Positions 1 to 12,600 of a DNA stretch of 64,000 nucleotides are shown in pieces. Source of the DNA: Podarcis liolepis (Eukaryota); the NCBI GenBank assembly GCA_965112155.1, contig OZ218106.1. One strand, 5' to 3'. Under the pieces are notes generated by a model. It was not told the origin of the DNA. It saw nothing but the letters and a program-made list of their open reading frames with translations, and ran no database searches. Position 1 is the first letter of the stretch, and the number at the start of each line of letters is the position of its first letter. The position numbers and the translations under genes were made by a program.

Positions 1-85
1 TCTCCAATTTCAGACATAGTGATGTTTAGCTGCTGATATATCAACATGTTGAAGACCAGTTATTGCTCAGCCTTAGTCTGTTTTT

Positions 86-267
86 CAGTGGTACCTCGGG
101 TTACGTTACCTTCGGGTAACATAACTTTTGGGTTGCGAACACGGCAAACCCAGAAGTGTATACTTCTGGGTTTTGCTGCACGCGTGCCGCGGCGCCTCAG
201 CTTGCATACTTTTCAGGGTACATACAGACCCCGGAACGAATTAAGTTCGTATCTGGAGTGTCCACTG
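86..267. mobile_element. Degenerate Tc1/mariner (Tigger-like) MITE
   Basis: Imperfect terminal inverted repeats CAGTGGTACCTC...GAGTGTCCACTG; TA TSD not intact. Confidence 0.55.
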
Positions 268-2925
268 CATACCTAAATTCCTTTGCTTATTAAGGGGCTA
301 CCTCACATTTTGTTCAAAAATGTTGTTTTGCAGAGGTAGCTACCATAGAATTAACAAAATTTTCAAAAGTAGGGGTTCCGTGGCTTGGCTTTTGAAAAAT
401 AAGGAGTCCTCAATAATTAGCTAGCTGAGAATCACTGAATTAGTTCATTTATTGCATGTATTATTAAATATATTAAATCCCCACAGTAAGGCAATGAGTG
501 CTGCTGTTTTATTTAAAGGACAGGTTTGAAAAAACTGTTGGTGGTACAGAGTAGGAGCTTGAAGGGTACTCCTTTGAATATCACTTCATCCAACTAATGA
601 ATTATAAAAAGAGAGAAGACTTTACTGTGAGCATCCAGTATCCCAAAGGTCGGATGCAATCTCGTGAACCACATGCAGGAAATCTGAAGCAGCCCTGAGG
701 GTGCAAAGTGAAACCTAGAGACTAAACTGTACAGTGGCAGGGGGATATCTGTATGGTCAGGAACTGGATCAGCATGGGGTAACATTTAAAGGGCCTCTGA
801 CTTTGACCTTTTCATTCCCTCTGAACAGCGCTTGCAGATGTTACAACTTTCTGCACCTGTCCCTTGTCCACAAAACCCGCCACAACACTCAGCAAATACA
901 AGTATATGCCAAAACCCTCTGCAGAAAAACCAGCAACATACACTTGGGAGTCTTCCTGGACTGGACTGGTTGGAAGGAGGCTGGCCTGTACGAAGGTGAA
1001 AGGTCAGTCACAGAGCACTGAAAATTAGTGCGGCTCTTTAGAGTTTGGGGGGGGGGATAGGTAATAGGGGCTGGTTTTACTCTACTAGTTCAAAAACAGC
1101 CCAATCTTTGATTGCACCTCTGTAGGAGTAAGCTTAACGAAGAAACAAGGCAGCACACATTTGAAACTTGTTAAAATTGTTAATAAGCCACATGCAACAT
1201 GTAAAGGGTGAAGGATGGTGGTTAAAGTCACCCTTGTGCATTTTGTCAATTCGCCACTCCTAATCTGACATGACAAAGGAATAAAAGAACAATGTCATAG
1301 TTCAGTTAGTTTCTAGCATTTGACAGAGACTAATGGTCTCATGCCTTTGAGGGAGGAGCCTATAAGCCTTCACCATATATATTTATTTATTAAGTTAAAA
1401 AATGAAACCTATAAAATTGGAGAGCATGTGTGCTTTTCGAACAAGTTTTCACTGCACAGAGCAGTCAATGTTGCAGCTTTCTCTCATCTTTACTTCCTAA
1501 AAACAAAACAAAAACCATAAACAATACTGACCTTATAAAATATGGGTTTTAGTCACAATTAAACAGAATCATATTATTCATCAGGACTATTAAACTAACT
1601 ACCAATGTCTTTACAGGAACAACAACAGCAACAAAAAAGTAGTTTTGTTCCTGAAAGGTTACAGAGGACAAAACACTGCAAATAGACTGCTAATTCAGTG
1701 TCTCTACTGGCTTAATGAAAGAGTCAGACCAGGCCTTGAACTTTTATCAAGATAAATCCCTGTCACCCACTAATCACCAGACTGGATCTTCACATAAGAT
1801 AAAAGAGTAATTTTTGGCATGGGAATGAGCGCACACACCTTGTTGTTTGCAAAAACCCACAACCTGGCACTCTTTCAGCAAGGTTTCACTCACATAGCTG
1901 TTACTGTATACTCTCCAGCTATGCCTGGAAAGTTGATAATCCTTAAGATATGAGGAGAGTTTTGATTTCTGACACAACATTCCTGAGATAAATGCAGGAT
2001 CAGAGAGATGCTTTGAAAGTCCCAGAGATGCTTTGCCGTAAAACTGCTACATGGGGGGAAAAAACTTTTAACAAGGTGTCTTTTCCAACTCACCCACCTC
2101 TCCACCCCCCACAGAAAAAAATGAAAAACATGAACTCACTGGGCTTTGTGTTCTGCACCAGACAATACATTAAATATAAACCAGACACACTAAGTTATAC
2201 AGAGCATCCTGAAGTCTGCTTGTCCAAAGTTTCCCACTGTAATGTTAGTATATTGGTGTGTCCCTGGAGATGAAAACCTCTTTTTGAATGTAGCTCCAGT
2301 TTCCTGAATACAAGGTCATAACCTATTCTATCCACCCTCACCCCAGAACTGCAACAGACCCTTAGATGTCATCTGAAAGAAAACATGTTTTCCCACCAAA
2401 TTTACAGCATCAAGACTGGATGACTTTAAAACTGATAGCTGCAGGTTTTTTTAGCTGTTCACATTTTTAAATAGGTGTTCTGTACCCACAAATGTCTTGA
2501 TTACCTTCTCTAATCTATAAAATGTTTTGGATTCAGGATCTTAAGAAGATCCATGTTACACTTAACAAGTGCATAGTGTATTAAAATAAATCTTAAGAGT
2601 AAAAGGTTGTAACTTGTGACCATAGAATAGAAAAAGTAAGAGCAAGACATCATTCATAAATGTATTTTTGAGTCTACAGTCACTGACTTCATTCAGTCTT
2701 TGCTACATTAAACTGAGCACTTGCTAGCACAGCTAGATCAAGAGATGATTTGGCAAAGGGCTATGAATATAAAGAAGTGAGTATCATTGATACTGAGGAC
2801 CGGACATTATGTAAGGGAGACACAGACAGCTGCAGGATACGGCATGTGGTACAAAACTGATTACGCTGTATGGGATGGCTATACCATGATGCAATCTTGA
2901 ACTAAGTGGAGGCTGGGGGCCATAG

Positions 2926-2970
2926 AGTCGGTCTCAACTGGACCTAATGGCCAGGGGTCCCTTTAACTTA
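2926..2970 (+). mobile_element. Sauria SINE 3' fragment
   Basis: agtcggtc...ggacctaatggccaggggtcccttta matches the 3' end of the copy at 29941. Confidence 0.7.
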
Positions 2971-3234
2971 ATTGTAATGTTAAGTAAAAATGGATGCTAG
3001 AATGAAATCAATCCCCTGAAAATGGCTGACATATTGTTTTAGTTTAGAATTATCTGCATTGTTATGTCAAATAATTTTTTCTACAGAATTGTGTAAAATT
3101 ATTTGCAGAGACTCTGAAGCAAACAGTCCCAAACAATGTTTATGCTGCTATCACAACACCAGATTATTTTTTTAAAAAACCTCACGTTTTTCACAGTTTT
3201 AAGTAAAATAGATTTAAAATGCAATATTTCTTAC

Positions 3235-3682
3235 CTGTCAAAGGATCGAAACTGTACAGGCTGTTCGGCAGCACCATCCCCAAGGATTCCAAGAAAAGCT
3301 GGTGGAAGAACTGCCGGGTCAACTGTGGCCCCATCTGCAGGAGCACTGACCAAACTTCTTAGGATATCTTTCACATTGACATTTTTTGCCGTTTGCACAG
3401 AGGATGCAGTTTTAGTGTCCATCTCAGTCTGCACTTCACTTCTGCTTTCTTGAGATTTATTGACTTCTGAAGAAAGCGTACACAGTACTTCACTGATTGC
3501 ATCTGGGCCTGCAATGACGCTTTGTATTTCTGCTTCTGTAGCAGCTTCAGAACTGTGGTCTAATCCGGAATGTGCTTCCTCCTCAATACCTGAATCTCTT
3601 CTTTGTACAGACGCAACACTTTCCAACTCCTCGGCAGGTAGGGGAGCCACGGCGGTAGTAGCTGCCGATGGGTTTTCTGCAT
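3235..3682 (-). CDS. LRBA: LRBA exon ~30 (448 nt) DAENP...[12 protein letters not shown]...QFRSFDR
   Basis: ctttcaag|AT...AG|gtaaga; ORF 3231..3650. Confidence 0.92.
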
Positions 3683-6600
3683 CTTGAAAGATACACAGAA
3701 GGAAATTGTCATCAGAAGTTTACATTAAGGTTCCAGCAATACGTTTCTCAACAAATGTCAGTTTATAATGAAAAGAGGTTTCAAAAAAGGAGATAGCAAG
3801 AGAGAAATAGTAGTTTACACCAGGGGTAGGCAACCTAAGGCCCAGGGGCCGTACGCAGCCCAATCGCCTTCTCAATCTGGCCCACGGATGGTCCGGGAAT
3901 CAGCATGTTTTTACATGAGTAGAATGTGTGCTTTTATTTAAAATGCATCTCTGGGTTATTTGTGGGGCATAGGAATTCGTTCATCCCCCCCAAAAAAAAT
4001 ATAGTCCGGCCCCCCACAAGGTCTGAGGGACGGTGGACCGGCCCCCTGCTGGAAACGTTTGCTGACCCCAGTTTACACTTTCATTCCAACCACATTTACT
4101 CAAAATCAAGGAAGCAGGAGGTATCAGCATGTGTTGTGTGTCGGAGCCCTTAAGAGGAGCATTCACACACTCACTTGGGCACATGCAGGGATGGAAGGGT
4201 ATAGGTGGGCAGACATGCCAAAATAACAGAATAAAACACAGCAGAAAACACAATTCAGTAAAATATGTAAGTATGCTGATATGGCCTTTTAGCCATTTGC
4301 ATTTGGAAGAACCTCCACACCAAACTGTCCTCCATTTTGGCCCAAAGTTCCAAAATGTGAATATAAGTATTTTTATCAATTCAGCAGTCATTATATTGTT
4401 ATCATCACTGATCCATTATGACCGAAATGACTGGGGGGAAGGAAGCATTTTGTTAATATCCTGCCATACTTTCCCCATCAAAAATGGAAATGTGCTAAAC
4501 CAAGTCATGTATAAAAGGAATTTTTAAAGATGAAGAATCCTATTGGAAGTTTACCACTAACACAGTATTATAAACACAAGGAACACCAACAAAAATATTA
4601 AAAATTAATGTTCTGGGCAGTAAACAAAAGCATCTATAAAAAATAAATTCTGCCTAATAGTTAACTAGCCCTGAGGGATACTTGGGAACAAATTCTGTAT
4701 TTAAAAGGAGTAATTAGAGGAGACTTCTTACATCAATTTTCAAAAACAGTATAATAAATCTAGTAAGTGTTTTGATTCTGTACTTTTAAAAAACATACTG
4801 TCAGAGCTGCCCTAGGTCCCAGCTCACAAAGGACCAACGCCAGTTCGTTGTTATATACAAAGGTCTTTATTGAAGTTCATTTTCTTTTTCACAGCCGCAG
4901 CGTGCAGCTCTACGTCCGAAACTCTAGACCGCTGAAGCTCCGTCTGAGTCTCCTCCCCCCAGACACCAGTTTAAGACTCTAGATTTGCTCCACCTCTTCC
5001 TCTGCTCTTTCCTCCTCTGGGTCCGCCTGTCAGCTGGGGTCTCGCCCTTCCTAGACTCTTCTGACGCTGAGTCCCCTGAGTCTTCCCCCTGGCTCCGGTG
5101 GGCTTTAGGACCTGGTTCCCAATCCGGGCTTTCTGCTGTCCCGCGCGCCTGTACATTTGAACTTGGCGCGCGCGCCCAGCCGGCTACCTTCCTCCTGACC
5201 GTTACACTGCTCCTGTCACTGCTTCCCCCTTCGGGGAGGCTAGCTGGACTTGACCTCCCCTTCGTTCCCCCACTCTCCGATAGAGGCGTGGTCAGTCTCG
5301 ACTCATCTTCTCTCCCTGCTGGAGGAGACGCTGGCCCTGACACATGGGACTCTTCCCCCCCACTACGCTCTGGTGGGGAAGCTGGCCCTGATCTCCAGCT
5401 GCTGCTTTGGGAGTCCCCGCTGGCCCCCCTTGCCCTGACCATCGGCGCCTCCTTCTGGGAATCTTCTGATTCGCTGGAGAGGCTCATGGAATCTCTCGGG
5501 TCACTGCTATACCCCCCTACGCTGCCCTCCGATTCTTCCCCTTCACTCTCCATTTCCTCTCTCCCCTGTGCCTCTGTTCCTGAGGCCCTGACACATACAC
5601 ACACACATTCCATGAGGTGTACATCTGTTAGATCTTTATGTTCTCATCAGAACCACTTTCACAGAGCCTATGGACATTTCAGAATATTTATATATACATA
5701 TAGTTTGAATAGAATCTACAGTGGTCTTAAAAGCCTGAATTGTCACTAACCTGTTGTTGCAGGCTTGAGTGACTGAACAGACTGAGGCCGCCTACGTTCA
5801 TCCTGAGGTTCCAATATGTCTCTATATTTTGATACCATGAGGACGGAGATGAAATATACTACTGCCAAAGCCAAGAATTGTGCCTGTTTGCTATCCTCCT
5901 GTAAAAATAAATGAATACAGCCTATCAAATTCCATTCTAATCGGAATATTATGCTATCACCTGCTACAAACTTATTTCTTTAAGTGAAGCACTAGAAGCA
6001 GTTACAATGTCATTGTAGATTATGTATAAATAATCATCATTTGACAGCAGTAAAACCTCTTAATTACTAGCACTCAAAGCTTGATCTACATAGGCATATT
6101 CAGGAAGAAGGATTCTGAGCTAGTAGCATAGACTCTTTACTTCAGCTCTCCCTTTTGCATACATGGAATTTCTCGCATTAAGAAACTAGTACACAAGGGA
6201 GAAAAATTCTACCCCAGTCTTCCCCATATTGTGCTAGCTTTCTGCTTGCACTGAGTTTTAAAAACAACTCAATGGACTAACCAAAACTGTGATCATCTGT
6301 TGAGTGCTTAAGTTCTTCTGCCACATTCTGCAATAAATCCAGACCCTACTTCATAAAGAAGATTACCTCACTGAGTTTACCCAACATGGTACTTTCAAAT
6401 GTTGTTGGACTACAATGCCTATCATCCCTGATCATTGGCCCTGCTGGCTGGATGCTGTAGTCCAACAAGTTCTAGAGGTCATCAAGTTGGGGGACGCTGG
6501 TCTAACATATCAAAAATATTGTAAGAAATAAAGATAGAAAAAAGCAAACTAGATGTTTAAAATATTGTTAGATGCAGTTACTGAGAAACTCTATTTAACT

Positions 6601-9600
6601 AGAACTCTGCACATGTCTCAGAACAACATGTGTGATTTGGCTTTTCTCTGAGGAACTGATCCCAGTTCATGCCAGTTATGCAGGAATTGGTTATATTTAT
6701 AATCAAATCCCAGAAATCAATGCAGTATCCAACATAGACAACATGTGATGCAGCTATCAATCAGTCCTCAGGAATGAATGGATTCCACCCAATAGCATAT
6801 CCTGTTGTTATCAAACCAAGTAATCTTTTTTCTTTGCTTTTTTAATAACAAGGCTATGATCATCTTATTAAAAATAAGATTTGATTGACAGAGACAACCT
6901 TGTGACGTTGTTTTACCCCTTAGCTGATGATCCAGGATGACCCATGAAACCTCATCATCTGAGCCTTTTATTATGATATTCAAGTCTAACTCAGCCCTTC
7001 ATGAAATCCCTTAAAAAAATTAAATTCATGATAATTTATTCCTATAACTAAGTGCCCATCATAGCCCCAGGTTGTTCAGTCTTCCACCTGGGAGACTGTT
7101 AAACAGGTTCATCCTCCCTCAGCAAGACTGTTCCACCCTTTTTCCAGGTCATATTTTTGGGATCTCACCAGAAGGCTGATCTACACTCCCATTTTTCCAA
7201 ATGCTCCAATGATATAAAATGGTGCAGCACTACAAGCAAGAGCCAGCATTTACCCTGGAAGCAAATTTTGAGTTAAGTAATTTAACAATCTAGAATTGGG
7301 AATGGAGTATGGACAGATTACACATGCTATCCTCAGGAATAAAAGCAATACACTGGAAAATTCACATTCCATGAACTAGGGAAAGGACACAGTATATATG
7401 AAGTTGAAACCACCTGCAGGGACAACAGTTTATGGAAAACTTAAGCCTTTCATCCTGACCCCAAATTCTTGGTCTGCTATTCCCACAGAGTTTTATGATT
7501 CTCATAGAACCTCCATTAGATTTTAACACCACAGGAAACTGCATAAGGACATTGGCTTAGAAAATCAGGCTGCAAAAAAAAACCACACAAAAAAACAGTA
7601 GGTAGGAGAAAATTGCTAACTCACTATATCTCTGAATACCACTGCTCGCAGTCGGTTAATATCCATATCCTGTAGGAGTCTGTCAATATCCCTTATTGGA
7701 GAAATTCCTCCAGTCACAATATCAACTGGGCTCTGTTTAGAATAAAAGAGTTTGTATATTACTTTGTTTTGATAAGCACAAAGGATGGCCCAAAGCTATC
7801 ATTTCCACAACATTACAAAACCACCATTACCGAGGGTCCCTCCAGACTTCCTTTTTAGTTGTGCAATCATGATTATTTGTGCTAACGAGGACAGTACTTT
7901 GGCTGGTCACATACAATCATGATTTCAATAGTTTGTGATTGCAAATGTTTCAAGATGGACATGTTGCTTCGTTTCTAATTTGGTTATGTCTCACAACTTC
8001 CTTCTCTTATCCTGTAACTTTTTATACCACAAATATATATATATATTTTTTGGGGGGGGGTGTTGTTTTGTACTATAGAGCAAGACTGCCTTCTCCAGAT
8101 GGCAATAATGCAATAGCACTGGGAAAGAATTGCAGGACACCTAATAAAGTGGAATGATGTGTGGATGTTCCAGTATAAATCCACCACTAATGCACCATTA
8201 CGGCATCAATGACATGTTGCAGAAACGCCCACAAAAAAATCCCATCAGTCTGGAAGGGCCCCTAGGGACTGGCGTTACACACAAATCAAGTACAATGACA
8301 GACACTCAAGATTGTACCAAAGAAAGAAAACTGGGCAAGGAATCTAGAAACATTGAGGACAGATCTTTTGTTCTTTGCTCTCCCCCTTCACATTCACCCT
8401 CCCAAGCAACTGCATTCGTAAGTTAAACAACTTGTATATACAACTTAAAATGAATGCTCATGTTATTCAAATGCCCTGTTTTTCTCTGTAATGACTACAG
8501 TGCCATAAGAAAGCTCCAGAGACTTATCCATCAGGTCACAGAGATAACAGTATCAACATCTGCCTACGTTTAATGTCAGAAGATACTTGCCTTTGCTCCA
8601 GACCTTCCTGCTGCTATCAGGCTTTGTACTGTTTTCTGACACTTAACATTTTCTCCGCTAGGCTTCATTAGTGCCTGTTGCTGCTGACATTCCAAGCAAT
8701 TTCTGACTGCCACAGCACACACTGAAATGAAAGGATACATAGCAAGTCCAAAGTATAAACACTGCTGAATCTGCATGCCTACTGCTGCAGAAAGATAAGT
8801 TTCAATTTTTCCAGTACTAATATATAAACAAACCCTTTTTTGAGGGGGGGGAGAGAGAAGTTACAGCTCATAATGAGTACAGTTCTGTTTGCTTCTATTT
8901 AAAAATCCAACAAAGTTTAAGAAATATTACATTAAAAAATTCTGACATTGTTTTGTTACTTGTGGGGTGATGAAAAGTTTCACAAGGCTGTAAATTCACC
9001 TACATTGGGTTGGATCCAGACTTCCCCATAGGCCAGGCATGGCCAAACTTGGCCTCCAGATGTTTTTGGGACTACAACTCCCATCATCCCTATCTAACAG
9101 GACCAGTAGTCAGGCATGATGGGAATTGTAGTCCCAAAACATATGGAGGGCCAGGTTTGGCCATGCCTGCCATAGACAGAGATCTGGTCACAGGATAACT
9201 CTTGCTAGAGGGCGGCAAAAAGCAATATCCCATTATCCCCCCCCAGCAGCCTCCTGAAAAAACTGTGGAACATTGTGAGCAGCAAGCAGCATGGCAGACA
9301 GCAGAAGAAATGGGGGAAACCAGGAAAAACAATGTTCCTGCATTTTTCCTCCAACAGGAGCCTCTGGTGGCGCTCAGTCCGATTTACAAATTGAAGGAAT
9401 CCTTCCATTCACAGAATGGCAACTCTGGGTCCATCCAATATATATTACTATATAATGATACTGTAAGGGTAGCATGAGAGGTCTCTACTCTAAGCCAGTA
9501 TCTCAATAACTAGATTTAGGCATTTTTTACAATATCAGCTACACAATGAAAGTCAGGTTATTAGTTGCAAAATTAATCTAAGCCAGGTATATTAGTACAA

Positions 9601-12600
9601 AGGTTTAGGATCAAAGTTTATTCATCCTTATTTCTTTTGTTGTTGCTGTTAGATTGCTCCATTCTTAAAGATATCAGCCTCAAATATATGCAAACTCTTA
9701 GGATGACTTAACTTCCACCTAAATTGTCCTTATTCGCAGGAAATGATCTGAAGGCAAACAAATGAAAGTTCAACCAATCTTACTTATGCTGGGGATAGCT
9801 CAGTTGGTAGAGCATGACTTTAATCTCAGGGTTGTGAATTCGAATCCCATGTTGGGCAAGTTTCCTGCATTGCAGGGGGGTGGACTAGATGACACTCATG
9901 GTCCCTTCGTTTTGCCCAACATGGGCTTGAACCCATGATCCTGAGCTTAAGAGTCTCATGCTTTCTGACTCAGCTATCCCTTCAGTCTAATTCTAGCCTT
10001 TAAAAAATATCTCATTATTCTTAGGAAGTTTTATATTATTTCATACTAAATCTGAGTCTACCTTAGAATGAGTTCTCATAAAAACCCTACTCAGCAAAAT
10101 GTACTTTAATGCTTAGCAGTTATCTGCTTACCAAGCCGAAGACACTGTCGTAAAATTCCACCAGATGACATATTTTTCTCCGACTCGATTTCTGTAAATC
10201 CAAGGGAGCTTGCAAATATTAACACATCCACAAGGCTAATTAATCTTTGGAGGAATGCTACAGAAGCTTCTATGGATAGTCCTTGAGTTGGCTCAATGTT
10301 TTCCAATTCATGCTGCATAGTGGAACATTAAAGGACAGCTTTTATTTCTATACATTAATTAGGCATCATCACTATTACTTGGTGTGTGTTGATACTGGAA
10401 GTGGCCCCTTGAAATTTCTCATGTCACTTGACCAGGAATCTAATAAGGTGGGGATGTGAGGAGTGGATAAATCCAATTAACACAAGTTTGAAAACAACCA
10501 CTTGTTTAGTCACTGACCTCCAGAGGATCAAGGCAGAATTATTTTAAAATGAAGAGTTCGTCCTTTACCTCAAGTGACTAGCAAGGAGGCCTGTCTTTTT
10601 GGGGGGTGGGGGGTGAGGGGTGGGGGGCTAGTAATCAGAATGTGGAGACAAAGGTAAGAAATAGGAAAATAAACGCAATGGTTCAAATCATGACATTGGG
10701 CACACATGGTTTGCAATTTTGGTTTGAAAGGCAAGCGCAAGGCAAGCACCATTACATCCAACAGACACGGGTTTTCTGTTTGGATGTAATGGTAAATTAT
10801 AGCTTGCCATGAAAGGAGCCAGTGAGATTCACTCTGATCTGAACTGTAGTTTAGCATTACATGTGAGCTTAGCCAAATGCACCAAACTTTCTCTGAAAAT
10901 ATAGGGTAGAAATATAGGGTAGATCTTTCCTAGGGATGGCAGAACTATGCAAGCTATTAGCTTAGTCAGGGTTCCCAAACTACTGGGACCTCCTAAAGAG
11001 GTCCACCAGGGTAATTTTGAGGTGCCCCGAACCATCTCCCCCCAAAGGCATAGTCTCTGGCCAAAGCAAAAATGGTTATTGTACCAACAAAAGTAGCACT
11101 TTCACAAAAGTAGGGAAACATTGGGGGGTGGGATGGAACAGGCCACCAATTACTGGCTGGTACTTCAGACCAAAATTCCTTCCTTGAACAGACATGAGCA
11201 CCCAACAGCTGTGCAGACAGTAAGCAGCACCAGAACACTAAGCAAAAGGGTGAAGGGCAGCAGTGAAGGCATAGCAGCAAATTGGCAGGGTGGTGGTGGT
11301 ACTGACTACTAAATAAGTTAGAATTGGACCAGATAGAGATGATCTTACTAAGCCATCTTGTCCAGTACCATAGAGGAGTAGATTGCAGTCAACACCACAA
11401 AGCCAGGTTGCCCTGTGCTGCCCCACAGACCAACTCCCCTTCCTCATTCTTAGCTCAGTCTGAACATGGTAGTCAGTGTACTATAATTCAAAGCACATGG
11501 TGAAGCATCCTCCCACAAGTCACCACTTCTACATTAGAAAGTGAATTTCTTACGGTAGCAGATGTAGCAGCAGAAAGCAAAGGTAATATGCCACCACAAG
11601 CCATAATCATATTATCCATCACTTGAGAGATGAGATGAATTGTGTTATGTACAAAGATGACATTATCACTGCTATTGACGAAGTCCATCACAGTCTTGGC
11701 AGAGTGGCTGATCAAAATGAAAAACACAGTATAAAAATGCAGGATTCATGCAGTTTCACTTGCACATTTATGAAGTGTTTATTTGTCATTATTTTTTAGT
11801 CATATACCAGCAGAAATCTATCCGATAGCTAGGAACTACACACCAGGATCCTAAACTGTCAATGCACCTTCTTCTTGACCTGAAAATGCCCTTTCCTTAT
11901 GCTTCTAATCCTCTCCAGAACACAGACTGGCAACTGTGTCTAAGTGTGTGGTGAATAATTATTTATTATTATGAAGTCTGATTATCTACTGCAGCAAAAG
12001 ACACTGTATAAATCATCAAAGAAGTTTCCCTTGAGATATAAACTAGATCTGAACTCAAGTCTCTTAAGAGGAAACTAGTATCTTATGAAGAACTCACAAA
12101 CTTCCCTTTTTAAGCAAAAAACGATTGTAAAGATATAAAACATTTTTTAAAAAAATCCTGTTTCAACAACTTAAACACATTAGCTTCCTCCCATGGCATT
12201 GGCCTCTATCATCCCTTCCTCACAGCACCTATATTGTATATGCTAGTACAAAAACACTACACATTTTATATCTTACCAAACGTCGGCTTATATTTAAATA
12301 ATGGGACAACAGACAAGGTGAGATTAGACAAGTATGCTCCCAGAGTCTATAGTGCACAATTTCCCCCTTCCCAAATATTATAGATGGCACCATTTAAACA
12401 GCACCCTTCATGCAGCATGGGACATATCCTGGGCTGACTCCAGTGGCGTAGCGTGGGTTGTCAGCACCCGGGGCAAGGCAAGTAATTTGAGCCCCCTAAC
12501 CCGTGGATTTGCGCCCCCTAACTCGTGGATTTGCGCCCCCTAACCCTAACCCCCAGATGTTGCGCCCGGTGCGGCCGGCCCCCCTGCACCTCCCACGCTA

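Noticed and set aside
9788-9860. Functional tRNA-Lys gene
   Set aside because: Anticodon arm has a deletion, stems are mismatched and it runs into a CR1-like tail; it is a SINE head.
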